Translations under genes and position numbers: made by a program
Shown: in pieces, positions 48,292-58,245 of the stretch
Layout of the letters: every line of letters starts with the position of its first letter
How positions within the stretch are numbered: position 1 is the first letter of the stretch
The notes under the pieces: generated by a model
What the model saw: only the letters and a program-made list of their open reading frames with translations
Told to the model about the DNA's origin: nothing
Databases searched by the model: none
Source: Candidatus Wolfebacteria bacterium GW2011_GWA1_44_24
GTDB taxonomy: Bacteria; Patescibacteriota; Minisyncoccia; UBA6257; UBA9933
NCBI GenBank assembly: GCA_001001115.1
Contig: LCIO01000001.1
Coordinates: forward strand, 71,501 to 135,500
Direction of reading: 5' to 3'
DNA length: 64,000 bases

Positions 48292-49295
48292 CGTTTGTTC
48301 AGCAATGTTCTCTTATAAACATCCAAGTGGCTTAAAATCATTCCCGCTCCCTTCGCTACGCAAAAAAGCGGGTCTTCGGCGACGTAAGTGTTGACTCCAA
48401 AAAGTTTTTTAAAAAATTCCGCCAGGTTGATTATCTGCGCTCCGCCGCCGGAAAGAATTATTCCCTTTTCCATCACGTCGGCAACCAGCTCAGGCGGCGT
48501 TTCGTTAAAAACCTTCTGAACAGCCGAAGCGATTTCAAGCAAATGAGGATTCAGCGCTTCGGCAATTTCATTGGAATTGATGACCATATCCTTTGGCAAA
48601 CCACTCGTCAAATCTCGTCCCCTTACCTCAAAAGTCAGTTTATTTTTCAGAGGCAAAGCGGAACCGATTTCCATTTTGATGATTTCCGCCGTTTGTTCGC
48701 CGATGGCCAAAGAATATTTTTTTTTCAGGAAATTGATGATGGCTTGGTCAAATTTGTCGCCGGCGATTCTTACGCTTGCCCAGGAAACGATGCCACCGAG
48801 AGAAATTATCGCCACTTCCGAAGTGCCGCCGCCGATATTGACAATCATACTGCCGCTTCGGGCGTTAATGGGAATATTCGCGCCCAGCGCGGCCAGAATC
48901 GGCTCTCTGACAATATAAGCTTCGCGGGCTCCGGCTTCTTTAGCCGCGTTGATAACCGCCCGCCTTTCAGTTTGCGTTATGCCGGCCGGCGAAGAAAGCA
49001 CGACATCGGGCTTTAAGATGTTGAACGAGCCAATCGCATTAGCGATAAAATATTTCAGCATCGCTTTAGTGATGTAATAGTCGGCAATCACTCCTTCCCG
49101 CAAAGGCCGGTAAGCTTTAATGTCTTCGGGCGTGCGGCCAATCATTTCTTTGGCTTCTTTGCCGACAGCCAAAACCGTGTTATCCGGCACGCTTAAAGCC
49201 ACGATGGTCGGCTCATTAATCACAAAACCGCGTCCCGGCACAAAGACAATGGTATTTGCCGTTCCTAAATCTATGCCGATTTTTCTTATAAACAT
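48288..49295 (-). CDS. mreB: rod shape-determining protein MreB
   Basis: Actin-fold phosphate motifs IGIDLGTANT and VNIGGGTSEVAI. Confidence 0.85.
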   Translation of the reverse strand: MFIRKIGIDLGTANTIVFVPGRGFVINEPTIVALSVPDNTVLAVGKEAKEMIGRTPEDIKAYRPLREGVIADYYITKAMLKYFIANAIGSFNILKPDVVLSSPAGITQTERRAVINAAKEAGAREAYIVREPILAALGANIPINARSGSMIVNIGGGTSEVAIISLGGIVSWASVRIAGDKFDQAIINFLKKKYSLAIGEQTAEIIKMEIGSALPLKNKLTFEVRGRDLTSGLPKDMVINSNEIAEALNPHLLEIASAVQKVFNETPPELVADVMEKGIILSGGGAQIINLAEFFKKLFGVNTYVAEDPLFCVAKGAGMILSHLDVYKRTLLNKR

Positions 49296-49297
49296 AA

Positions 49298-50602
49298 TTA
49301 TGCGATTCTTTTTATATCCGCGCCTAATGATTGTAGCCGTTCGTCAATCTTTTCGTATCCCCTGTCTATCTGTTCCACACCCTCGAGAACCGACTCGCCT
49401 TGGGCAATCAACGCCGCGATTAAATGGGCTATCCCCGCCCTTAAATCAGGGACTTTAACTCTCTTACCGTAAAGAGGCGCGGGGCCGGAAATAACCGCGC
49501 TGTGCGGATATCCTTCGCCGTTAAACCGGCAGGGCAATTCTCCTAAACACTTTGAAAATACTTTAATATTAGCGCCCATAAAATTCAAGTCTTTGATATA
49601 ATCAAAACGATTTTCATAAACGGTCTCGTGAATAATGGAAACGCCGTTTGCTTGGGTCAGCAAAATGGTGAACGGCTGCTGCCAATCAGTCATAAAACCC
49701 GGATGCGTGTCGGTTTCTATTTCAATGGCGGATAAGCTGTCCGGCCGCCAAAAAACAATGCCGTCGGATTCAATCCGATAATCTCCTCCCACGCGGCGCA
49801 ATTCGTTGAGAAAAGTTATCAAATGGTCGTGAACCGCCCCCTTAACTTTGATTTTATTCCCTTTTGCGGCGACCGCCAAACAAGCGAAAGAAACCGCCTC
49901 ATTCCTGTCCGGCAAAACCCGATATTTTGTTCCCCTTAATTTTTTTACGCCGTTGATATAAATTGTCCGGTCCGCGCCCAAACCGATAATCGCCCCCATA
50001 TCCTGAAGCATTTTGATTAAATCTGTAATTTCCGGCTCAATAGCGGCGTTTTTGACGATTGTTCTGCCTTTGGCTAAAACCGCCGCCAAAATAACATTTT
50101 CCGTGGCTCCAACGCTGGGATAGCGCAAATTAATTTTGGCGCCTTTTAATCCATCGGTTGCCGAAGCCACAAAAAAACCGTCGGCGGTTTCAATTTTCGC
50201 GCCCATTAATTTAAGCGCTTCAAGATGGATATCCACCGGCCGATAGCCAATCTGATCTCCGCCTAAAAAAGGAATTTCGGCTTTACCCATTCTTGAGAGC
50301 AACGGCCCGAGCGTTAAAATGGGAATCCGATTGTTTTTGCTTAAATCCAAAGGGACAACGCGATAATTTTTAATCTTTGGAGTTTTAATCGAAAGAGTTG
50401 AGCCATTGAGCGCGATTTCAGCGCCAATAGCTTGACAGAGTTCGGAAGTTATTTCCGCGTCGCCGATTCTGGGAAAATTTTCAAAAACGCATTCCTCGTC
50501 AGTCAATAAAGAAGCGACTATCATCTTGGTAGCCGCATTTTTTGAACCCTTAATGGTGATTTCGCCGTTTAATTTTCCGCCGCCATTAACAATAAATTTC
50601 AT
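49298..50602 (-). CDS. murA: UDP-N-acetylglucosamine 1-carboxyvinyltransferase
   Basis: KFIVNGGGKLNGEITIKGSKNAA N-terminus and an EPSP-synthase fold. I placed the start at MKFIVNGG (50602). Confidence 0.85.
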   Translation of the reverse strand: MKFIVNGGGKLNGEITIKGSKNAATKMIVASLLTDEECVFENFPRIGDAEITSELCQAIGAEIALNGSTLSIKTPKIKNYRVVPLDLSKNNRIPILTLGPLLSRMGKAEIPFLGGDQIGYRPVDIHLEALKLMGAKIETADGFFVASATDGLKGAKINLRYPSVGATENVILAAVLAKGRTIVKNAAIEPEITDLIKMLQDMGAIIGLGADRTIYINGVKKLRGTKYRVLPDRNEAVSFACLAVAAKGNKIKVKGAVHDHLITFLNELRRVGGDYRIESDGIVFWRPDSLSAIEIETDTHPGFMTDWQQPFTILLTQANGVSIIHETVYENRFDYIKDLNFMGANIKVFSKCLGELPCRFNGEGYPHSAVISGPAPLYGKRVKVPDLRAGIAHLIAALIAQGESVLEGVEQIDRGYEKIDERLQSLGADIKRIA

Positions 50603-50649
50603 ACCATATATAATAAACCAACAGCCGAAAACTGACAATCAAAATTAAA

Positions 50650-51936
50650 ATGACTCTTAAAACTCGCCGTTTTTTATTTGTGGGGTTTTTTATTATATTT
50701 GTGCCGATTTCTTTCGGCGTCATTTTTTATTCGGCCGGCTGGCGATTTGATTTCAAAACTTTTTCTTTGCAAAAAACCGGCGGAATCTATATCGAAACCA
50801 AACCAAAAGACGTAATGATAAAATTGGACGGAAAAATAATTCCGAACGATTCCGGTTTGATTAGAAGAGGCACCCTGATTTCCAATCTTTTCCCTCAAAA
50901 ATACGAAATAAAAATAGAAAAAAACGGCTATCTTCCCTATTACAAAAATCTTAAAGTCGAACCGTCTCTGGTGTCTGAAATCATCGACACGATTTTAATA
51001 CCGGAGAAAATTGAAAAGAAAATAGTAATCAGCCAAAAGCTGCGAGGCGATGAAATTTCCGATTTTTCTGACAACGTCAAGCAAATAATCGTAAAAAATT
51101 CAAAAAATTATTTTCTCAGCGATTTTAAAGACCGATCTTCCGTTTTTAATGTCAGCGCGGCCATTAACAATCTGCGCGGGAAAACCGAAATCAAAAAAAT
51201 CTCTTTTCACCCCTTTAATCAGCAAAATTTAATTATCGAGGAAAGCAACGGGCTTGATATCTTCAATATCGACCAGCCAAAACTTGAATTTATTTTCCGA
51301 AATTCCACCAGCAGCCGATTATCCGCCTGGACCGCGAAAAATTCATATATCTATTATGTTGAAGAAAAAGATGAAGCGAAGAATGAAAAAACCTACGCTT
51401 TGTTTTTCTACAATTTACTGATAAAAACCAGGGGTCAGATTGCGCAGCTGCCGGCTAAGCCAATCTCCAATATTCTCGTTTCCGATTCCGGCGCTCAAAT
51501 CGCTCTCTTAAATAATTCGGGCGATTTACATATTTTCAGCGCTGAAAGCCAGAAATTAGAGCAAATCGCCCATAACGCCGAGATTTTTGCTTTTTCGCCG
51601 GACAGCAAAAAAATCGCCTTTGCCGACGCAGACGGCAAATTAAACGTCCATTTTATCGAAGATTGGAACAAAAATATCCGCAAAAAGGCTGGGGAAACAA
51701 TCAACATCAAATATCAAACGTCGAACGCCAAACCGATTAAAAACATCGTCTGGCACAAAGATTCCTTTCATCTCTTCGCCGAACTGGGCGATGAAATTCG
51801 AATTATCGAAATAGATGACCGTCCCCTCCTGAACGAATACTTATTGGTTCAAGAAATCAAAGATTTTTATTATGACTTAAAATCGGATATTGTTTATTTT
51901 ATTCAGAATGAAAATCTTTATTCCTTGGAAATTTAG
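50650..51936 (+). CDS. hypothetical membrane-anchored protein (PEGA-like domain, then a beta-propeller-like region)
   Basis: N-terminal TM; KPKDVMIKLDGKIIPNDSG...YEIKIEKNGYLPY resembles PEGA domains. The C-terminal repeats are WD40/TolB-like. Confidence 0.35.
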   Translation: MTLKTRRFLFVGFFIIFVPISFGVIFYSAGWRFDFKTFSLQKTGGIYIETKPKDVMIKLDGKIIPNDSGLIRRGTLISNLFPQKYEIKIEKNGYLPYYKNLKVEPSLVSEIIDTILIPEKIEKKIVISQKLRGDEISDFSDNVKQIIVKNSKNYFLSDFKDRSSVFNVSAAINNLRGKTEIKKISFHPFNQQNLIIEESNGLDIFNIDQPKLEFIFRNSTSSRLSAWTAKNSYIYYVEEKDEAKNEKTYALFFYNLLIKTRGQIAQLPAKPISNILVSDSGAQIALLNNSGDLHIFSAESQKLEQIAHNAEIFAFSPDSKKIAFADADGKLNVHFIEDWNKNIRKKAGETINIKYQTSNAKPIKNIVWHKDSFHLFAELGDEIRIIEIDDRPLLNEYLLVQEIKDFYYDLKSDIVYFIQNENLYSLEI

Positions 51937-52345
51937 AAATAATCAAAAAAATCGAACCGCCGAACAAATCAAAAAATAAATCTTTGACGGTGTCGGTATA
52001 AAAATCTATCGCTTTGTTTTGAAAAGCTAATGAACCGGTTAATCCTCCCTTGGAAACATAAGCGATATAGAAATATTCAAAAAATTCCCAAAAAACGCCG
52101 ATGAAGGCGACAAAAGAAAGAGTAATCAAAATAACGGTTAAGTAATCGGGCAATCGGGTGATTTTTGAATTTAAAATTTCAAATTTAGAATTTAACCAGA
52201 AAAACAGCATTGCCGCCCAGAAACCGCCAAAAAAGTGCATCGGAATGTCAAACCACCAAATTTTCCAATACCAAAAATTAGCCGTGGCCAAGAAATGGAT
52301 AAAAAGAATAAAAATTAAAAAACCGATGAGAATTTTGGAAAACAC
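51899..52345 (-). CDS. hypothetical membrane protein
   Basis: 148 aa, 4 TM. Confidence 0.3.
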   Translation of the reverse strand: MFSKILIGFLIFILFIHFLATANFWYWKIWWFDIPMHFFGGFWAAMLFFWLNSKFEILNSKITRLPDYLTVILITLSFVAFIGVFWEFFEYFYIAYVSKGGLTGSLAFQNKAIDFYTDTVKDLFFDLFGGSIFLIISKFPRNKDFHSE

Positions 52346-52348
52346 AGA

Positions 52349-52798
52349 TTATCGTTTCCTCCATTGATGGCCTCGCCTTGCCTTGTGCCTGCCATATTTT
52401 TTGCGTTCAACCATCCGGCTGTCGCGGGTCAGATATCCGACGCGGCGCAAACGTTTTTTAAAATCCTGATTGAATTTTACTAATGCCCGGGCAATGCCCA
52501 AACGGACAGCTTCGGCCTGAGCCGAAAGCCCGCCGCCTTTTACCCTGACGATAACTCCCAATTTGTCTCCGATTTTCATTTTTTCAATGGGAGCGATAAT
52601 TTCTTTTCGCTGGCTTAAAAGCGGAAAATATTTAGCGGGGTCTTTTTCGTTGACAATAAACCCATTTTTCCTGGTATAAAGCCTGACGCGGGCAATCGCG
52701 GTTTTTCGGCGGCCGACAGCTTCAAAATAATGCTCTTTTTTGGCGGGCGCTGTTTTTTCTTCTTTTGCTATTTTAGTTTTGGAAATTTTTTCTGTCAT
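52349..52798 (-). CDS. rpsI: 30S ribosomal protein S9
   Basis: C-terminal ...LTRDSRMVERKKYGRHKARRGHQWRKR, diagnostic for S9. Confidence 0.85.
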   Translation of the reverse strand: MTEKISKTKIAKEEKTAPAKKEHYFEAVGRRKTAIARVRLYTRKNGFIVNEKDPAKYFPLLSQRKEIIAPIEKMKIGDKLGVIVRVKGGGLSAQAEAVRLGIARALVKFNQDFKKRLRRVGYLTRDSRMVERKKYGRHKARRGHQWRKR

Positions 52799-52801
52799 AA
52801 A

Positions 52802-53143
52802 TTATCCGATAATCAGCCTTTTCATCCTTCTAATCCTTAATTTATTTTCCGGCAGCATTTCTCTGACGACTTTCCGCAAAACTCCGGCTGGGCCTTTTTT
52901 TTCCAAAAACAAACGCAGGCTTTGCTCTTTTAGGTGGCCGATTTGCGTTGTATGCCGGTAATAAATTTTCTGCTCCATTTTTTTTGGGTTAATTTCGAGT
53001 TTATCGATATTTTTTACAATGACTTTGTCTTCCCCTTCCAGCCGCGGTTCGTATTTCGGATTTTTTTTTCCTTGTAAAATCACGGCTATCTCGGAAGCCA
53101 ATCTGCCAAGTTTTTTGTCTGTAGCGTCAATAATGTAATCCAT
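52802..53143 (-). CDS. rplM: 50S ribosomal protein L13
   Basis: MDYIIDATDKKLGRLASEIAVILQGKKNPKYEP matches the L13 N-terminus. Confidence 0.85.
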   Translation of the reverse strand: MDYIIDATDKKLGRLASEIAVILQGKKNPKYEPRLEGEDKVIVKNIDKLEINPKKMEQKIYYRHTTQIGHLKEQSLRLFLEKKGPAGVLRKVVREMLPENKLRIRRMKRLIIG

Positions 53144-53146
53144 GTC

Positions 53147-55288
53147 TTATTTTTTACCTTCAATTATCAATTGCGCGACATTTTGGGGCGTTTCTTCGTA
53201 TTTGTCGAATTCCATCGTAAAACTTCCCCTGCCCTGGGTAATTGAACGGATTTTCGTGGCATAACCGAACATTTCAGACAGCGGAACTTTAGCGTCAATC
53301 ACCCTGAGATTGGCGCGTTCGCCCATTCCTTCAATTCTGCCGCGCTTGCTTTGAAGGTCGCCTGTGGCATCGCCCAAAAAATCGGACGGAACAATTATTT
53401 GAATTTTCATTATCGGTTCAAGAATCACCGGTTTGGCGCGCCTAACGGCTTCGCTCAAGGCCATGGCACCGGCGATTTTGAAAGCAATTTCCGAAGAATC
53501 AACTTCATGGAAAGAACCGTCGTAAATTGCTACTTCAAGGTCGACTATAGGATAACCCGCCAGCACGCCGTTGTCCAGCGCTTCTTTTACTCCTTTTCCC
53601 ACCGCCGGAATGAACTCTTGAGGAATAATGCCTCCTCTAATTTCATTGACAAAAACAAATCCCTTGCCTCTTTCCAGATTTTTAACTCTCAGCCACACGT
53701 GGCCGTATTGGCCGCGACCGCCGGATTGTTTGATATATTTTCCTTCGGCTTCGGCTTCACCTCTGATTGTTTCCTTATAAGCCACTTGTGGCCGGCCGAC
53801 ATTGGCTTCAACGCCGAATTCCCGCTTCATTCTGTCAACGATAATTTCCAAATGCAATTCACCCATTCCGGAAATAATCGTTTCACCGGTCTCAAGGTCG
53901 CCGCTAACCCTGAAAGTCGGGTCTTCTTCGGACAATCTCCTTAAAGCCAAACCCATTTTTTCCTGGTCAACCTTGGTTTTCGGCTCGATTCTTATGGAAA
54001 TCACTGGTTCCGGAAAAACAATTTTTTCCAAAATAACGGGGTTTGACGGATCGCAAAGCGTGTCTCCGGTTGAAGTGTTTTTTAATCCGACAGCTGCGCC
54101 GATGTCTCCGGCATACATTTCCTCCACTTCCTCGCGTTTATTGGCGTGCATCCGGACAATTCTGCCGACCCGTTCCTGGTCGTTTTTTATCGAATTCAAA
54201 ATATAACTGCCTTTTTTAAGAACGCCTGAATACACCCTGAAATAAGTCAGATTGCCGACGTACGGGTCGCTGGCGATTTTGAAAGCCAAAGCCGTAAAAG
54301 GTTCGTCGTCTTTGGGCCGGCGGATAATTTCTTCCCCCATTTTTACGCCAATGCCTTTAATGGGTTTGATTTCGGCCAAATCAATGGGCGAAGGCAGATA
54401 GTCAATGACGGCATCAAGCAAAAACTGCGCTCCTTTATTTTTCAGGGCCGAACCGCAAATTACCGGAACAAAACCGTTTTCAATCGTGGCTTTTCGGATA
54501 ATCCTCCTGACTTCTTCTTTGGATATTTCTTTTCCGACTAAATATTTTTCCATAAAACCATCGTCATATTCGGCGATTTTCTCCAACAGTTCATGCCGAG
54601 ATTTTTCCGCTTGCGCTTTCAAATTCTCCGGAATTTCTTTCTCAATAATTTTTTCACCATGTTCGCCCTGAAACTCATATGCTTTCATTTCAATCAAATC
54701 AATGACGCCGTTGAAATCTGCTTCCAATCCGATCGGCAGCTGCAAAGGATAAGCATTCAAAGTCAGCCGTTCGTGAATGGAACGCAAAGAATTTTCAAAA
54801 CTTGCTCCTGTCCGGTCAAGTTTGTTTATTAAACAAATTCTCGGCACCCGGTATTTGTCCGCCTGATGCCAAACTGTTTCGGATTGAGGCTCCACACCTG
54901 CCACACCGTCGAAAACCACCACGCCGCCGTCAAGCACCCTTAAAGACCGTTCAACTTCAACGGTAAAATCAACGTGTCCCGGCGTGTCAATAATGTTAAT
55001 CCGATACTCGTTGTTTTCCCGAACTTTCTGTTTTTCTTTTTCATCGACGATATTTTGCAAAAATCTGGTAATTGTCCAAAAACAGGTGGTGGCGGCCGCC
55101 GTGATGGTGATGCCCCTTTCTCGTTCCTGTTCCATCCAATCCATAATGGCAGCGCCTTCATGAACCTCGCCGATTTTATGGGAAATGCCGGTATAAAAAA
55201 GAATCCGTTCGGAAACGGTTGTCTTACCGGCGTCAATATGGGCAATAATGCCGATATTCCGGTATTTTTCTAAAGGGTACTGACGCAT
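53147..55288 (-). CDS. fusA: elongation factor G
   Basis: 713 aa; [22 protein letters not shown] and the five-domain EF-G architecture. Confidence 0.9.
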   Translation of the reverse strand: MRQYPLEKYRNIGIIAHIDAGKTTVSERILFYTGISHKIGEVHEGAAIMDWMEQERERGITITAAATTCFWTITRFLQNIVDEKEKQKVRENNEYRINIIDTPGHVDFTVEVERSLRVLDGGVVVFDGVAGVEPQSETVWHQADKYRVPRICLINKLDRTGASFENSLRSIHERLTLNAYPLQLPIGLEADFNGVIDLIEMKAYEFQGEHGEKIIEKEIPENLKAQAEKSRHELLEKIAEYDDGFMEKYLVGKEISKEEVRRIIRKATIENGFVPVICGSALKNKGAQFLLDAVIDYLPSPIDLAEIKPIKGIGVKMGEEIIRRPKDDEPFTALAFKIASDPYVGNLTYFRVYSGVLKKGSYILNSIKNDQERVGRIVRMHANKREEVEEMYAGDIGAAVGLKNTSTGDTLCDPSNPVILEKIVFPEPVISIRIEPKTKVDQEKMGLALRRLSEEDPTFRVSGDLETGETIISGMGELHLEIIVDRMKREFGVEANVGRPQVAYKETIRGEAEAEGKYIKQSGGRGQYGHVWLRVKNLERGKGFVFVNEIRGGIIPQEFIPAVGKGVKEALDNGVLAGYPIVDLEVAIYDGSFHEVDSSEIAFKIAGAMALSEAVRRAKPVILEPIMKIQIIVPSDFLGDATGDLQSKRGRIEGMGERANLRVIDAKVPLSEMFGYATKIRSITQGRGSFTMEFDKYEETPQNVAQLIIEGKK

Positions 55289-55291
55289 AAT

Positions 55292-55759
55292 TTACCGGGC
55301 AAAATGCGCGAATGCCCTGTTGGCCTCCGCCATTCGATGAGTGTCTTGTTTTTTCTTGATGGCCGCGCCTTCGTTCTTGGAAGCCAAAATCAATTCTTCG
55401 GCCAGTTTTTTGGCCATTGATTTTCCTTTTTTTGAGCGAGCCGCGTTAATAAGCCAGTGACAAGCCAGAAAAAATTTTCGCTCCGGCCTGACTTCCCGAG
55501 GCACCTGATAATTGGCGCCGCCGACTCTTTTGGAAACGACTTCAATCAAAGGCGAGGCGTTTTCAAGCGCTTTCTCAAAAATTGCCAGCGGCTCGGTTTT
55601 GGTTTCTTTTCTAATGTCATCGAAAGTCCGATACAGCGTTTTTTCGGCCGTTGATTTTTTGCCGTTTTTCATCAAATAATTAATAAACCGGCCAATCGTG
55701 ATGTTGTCGTATTGGACGTCGGGCTCATGCTCTCTTTTGAATTTGCGTTTTTTTCTCAT
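55292..55759 (-). CDS. rpsG: 30S ribosomal protein S7
   Basis: 155 aa, conserved S7 sequence (...VEVVSKRVGGANYQVP...). Confidence 0.9.
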   Translation of the reverse strand: MRKKRKFKREHEPDVQYDNITIGRFINYLMKNGKKSTAEKTLYRTFDDIRKETKTEPLAIFEKALENASPLIEVVSKRVGGANYQVPREVRPERKFFLACHWLINAARSKKGKSMAKKLAEELILASKNEGAAIKKKQDTHRMAEANRAFAHFAR

Positions 55760-55760
55760 A

Positions 55761-56171
55761 TTATTTCGCTCTTTTTACTCCGTATTTGCTCCTTTCCTGT
55801 TTTCTTCCTTCCGTTCCGGTGGTGTCCAAAACTCCGCGGACAATGTGATATCTGACACCCGGCAAATCTTTGACTCTCCCTCCTCTGATGACAACCACCG
55901 AGTGTTCCTGAAGATTGTGCCCGATGCCGGGAATATAAGCCGTCACTTCCATCCCGTTGGAAAGCCTTACTCTCGCCACTTTCCGCAAAGCCGAGTTCGG
56001 TTTTTTGGGAGTAGTCGTAAAAACTTTCAAACAAACTCCCCTTTTAAAAGGCGATTCCGAATATACCGGTTTATTCAAAACAGTATTAAAATAATGGCCC
56101 AGAGCGGGCGATTTTGTTTTCTTTCCGGTTTTTTTTCTTCCCTTTTTAATTAATTGATTAATTGTCGGCAT
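55761..56171 (-). CDS. rpsL: 30S ribosomal protein S12
   Basis: [14 protein letters not shown] and the [13 protein letters not shown] loop. I placed the start at MPTINQL (56171). Confidence 0.9.
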   Translation of the reverse strand: MPTINQLIKKGRKKTGKKTKSPALGHYFNTVLNKPVYSESPFKRGVCLKVFTTTPKKPNSALRKVARVRLSNGMEVTAYIPGIGHNLQEHSVVVIRGGRVKDLPGVRYHIVRGVLDTTGTEGRKQERSKYGVKRAK

Positions 56172-56206
56172 ATCAATAAAAAAATGACTCAATGGAGTTA
56201 TTGAGT

Positions 56207-56236
56207 AGAATAGCAAAATAAAATGATTATTGTCAA
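56207..56236 (-). promoter_or_regulatory. candidate sigma70 promoter of the rpsL-rpsG-fusA (str) operon
   Basis: On the minus strand, TTGACA (plus 56231-56236), an 18 nt spacer, then TATTCT (plus 56207-56212), about 35 nt upstream of the S12 start. Confidence 0.3.
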
Positions 56237-56334
56237 CTCTATATATAAATTTTTATGCGCAAAATCAATAGATTTTTATTTAAGAATAAAAAAGCGCGGA
56301 TTGCATTAAATGCTAACTCCGCGCTAAGGTGCAC

Positions 56335-57276
56335 TCATGCTATTACAACATCCAATATTTCCAAAACCCGAGAATTGATTTTTTCTGCTCTCTCAAGTTC
56401 TTTAATAAGCTCAAGGGGATGTATTTTTCCTTTTGCTGATTTTGCCAAGCTGCCATCGTTGACAATTAAAGCAAGTTCCTCTAGGGCTCCGACAAACCTT
56501 TGTGTCGTTGTCATCACATGGCTAATTGTTAAATCAGTATGCGATATGTGTTTTTTCCCTCTCGCTCTTTTTATCACTAGACCTCTATCTGCCGCTTCTT
56601 TTCGAAGTATCCTTGAGGCCTCGTTCGGATGGATAGATCTCCCGTCTTTTGTTTTTTCAATAATACTCTGAAGCATTATTTTTTGCCCCCTCAAATCAAA
56701 CGATGACAAAAGTTTAGCTATGCCTTTGCCTATCTTCCTTTGAACTACCATCTCCTGGATCTTTGAGCCCAGCTTTAGATACTTCAACAGGTTTGAAATT
56801 TCAAATGAAGTTTTGCCAATTTCATCGGCAACTTCCCTTTGGTTCCAACCATAGTCATCCATAAGTCTTTTGATTGAAATGGCTTCCTCAATCGGAGACA
56901 TATCTTCGCGGCACAGATTGGCTTTTGTGCTTACAAGAAGAATCTCCTTATCATCCATCGGAGAACATATTTGGCAAGATATTTTTTCTATTCCCGCCAT
57001 TTTTGCGGCTCTCCACCGGCGCTCGCCGTCAACAATCATGGCAAATTTGCCGTTTTTTATCACTACCATTACGGAATATTCGACGTCGCCCCTCCTACGA
57101 TAAGACTTTGCCATGGTTTTTAATCCTTCCTCGTCAAAATATTTTCTCGGTTGACGGGGATTGCCTCTTAAAAAACCAACCGGTAATTTTATAACGCTTC
57201 CTATCTCAACCCTGACCATTCCCTTTTTATCAATCCCGAGTTTGCTTCCCTTCACCTCGATAAAATCCTTGCCCAT
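56335..57276 (-). CDS. ParB/Spo0J-family protein (no adjacent parA)
   Basis: ParB N-terminal domain with GERRWRAAKMAG, and a central HTH (WNQREVADEIGKTSFEISNLLKYLKL). Confidence 0.65.
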   Translation of the reverse strand: MGKDFIEVKGSKLGIDKKGMVRVEIGSVIKLPVGFLRGNPRQPRKYFDEEGLKTMAKSYRRRGDVEYSVMVVIKNGKFAMIVDGERRWRAAKMAGIEKISCQICSPMDDKEILLVSTKANLCREDMSPIEEAISIKRLMDDYGWNQREVADEIGKTSFEISNLLKYLKLGSKIQEMVVQRKIGKGIAKLLSSFDLRGQKIMLQSIIEKTKDGRSIHPNEASRILRKEAADRGLVIKRARGKKHISHTDLTISHVMTTTQRFVGALEELALIVNDGSLAKSAKGKIHPLELIKELERAEKINSRVLEILDVVIA

Positions 57277-57383
57277 AAGGCAAACCCTCCTTTTTTAGTT
57301 TTAATTTATTTGGAGTGCTATAAAATAGCCCAAATATGCTGTATATTTTCTAACACCAAATATTAAAAAGGTCAATATTTATT

Positions 57384-58013
57384 TTATAACAACCCGCTTC
57401 CAAGAATTTTATATAATCCGTAAATTATCGGGGAAATAAATCGAAGCCCGAAAAAAATAAAAAATAATAAAATAAAAATTCCGTAGCGTTCCAGCGCCAG
57501 CTGATATTTTCCGGCGCTTTGGGGCAAAAACGCAAAAAGAATTTTTGAACCGTCAAGCGGCGGGACGGGAATCAAATTGAAAACCGCCAACATGATGTTG
57601 ATTAAAACAATGATGTCAAAGAAAATCGCCGGCGCCGGACCGAATGGAAAACCGGCTAAAGCCAAGGATTTGGAAAACAATCCGAAAATTACGGCTATTG
57701 AAAGATTGCTAGCTGGTCCGGCCAAACCGACCAAACCGCCGTCTCTTTTGGGATTTTTCAAATTTAAAGGATTGAACGGCACGGGTTTTGCCCAGCCGAA
57801 TAAAATCGGGCTTCTTAAAATAAAAAGCATTAAAGGCAATAAAAAAGAACCAAAAGCGTCCAGGTGTTTGAGCGGATTCAAACTTAAACGACCGGCGTTT
57901 TTGGCGGTCGGGTCGCCCAAACGATAAGCCATCGCGCCGTGACTGACCTCGTGGATTATCACGGAAAACAACAAAACAATGAGTTGAAAAATTGAAATCA
58001 GAACGCTATTCAT
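57384..58013 (-). CDS. M50-family (site-2 protease-like) membrane metallopeptidase, small form
   Basis: VIIHEVSHGAMA (HExxH) in TM1; 209 aa, multi-TM. Confidence 0.6.
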   Translation of the reverse strand: MNSVLISIFQLIVLLFSVIIHEVSHGAMAYRLGDPTAKNAGRLSLNPLKHLDAFGSFLLPLMLFILRSPILFGWAKPVPFNPLNLKNPKRDGGLVGLAGPASNLSIAVIFGLFSKSLALAGFPFGPAPAIFFDIIVLINIMLAVFNLIPVPPLDGSKILFAFLPQSAGKYQLALERYGIFILLFFIFFGLRFISPIIYGLYKILGSGLL

Positions 58014-58025
58014 AAATAAATTTTA

Positions 58026-58097
58026 TGCCCCCGGAAAGAATCGAACTCTCATCAATGCCTTAGAAGAGCACTGCTCTATCCATTGAGCTACGGGGGC
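58026..58097 (-). tRNA. tRNA-Arg (anticodon TCT), CCA not encoded
   Basis: Acceptor GCCCCCG/CGGGGGC, D arm GCTC-AATGGAT-AGAGC, anticodon stem GTGCT/GGCAT (two G-U pairs) with loop CTTCTAA, and T arm GAGAG-TTCGATT-CTTTC. Confidence 0.75.
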
Positions 58098-58168
58098 GTT
58101 ATTTAATATTTATAAACTATCAAAAAACGCCTTGTAAGTAAAGAAATGGAATGATAATATTCAAAAAT

Positions 58169-58239
58169 CGGGCTGTAGTATACCGGCAGTATACGTGTTT
58201 TGGGAACACGAGGACTGGGTTCAATTCCCAGCAGCCCGA
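58169..58239 (+). other. tRNA-like element with a non-canonical anticodon arm (possible tRNA pseudogene or remnant)
   Basis: Good acceptor (CGGGCTG/CAGCCCG), D stem (GTAT/ATAC) and T arm (CTGGG-TTCAATT-CCCAG). The anticodon region GTGTT-TTGGG-AACAC forms a 5 bp stem with only a 5 nt loop, and the total length is about 71 nt. Confidence 0.3.
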
Positions 58240-58245
58240 CCGGCA

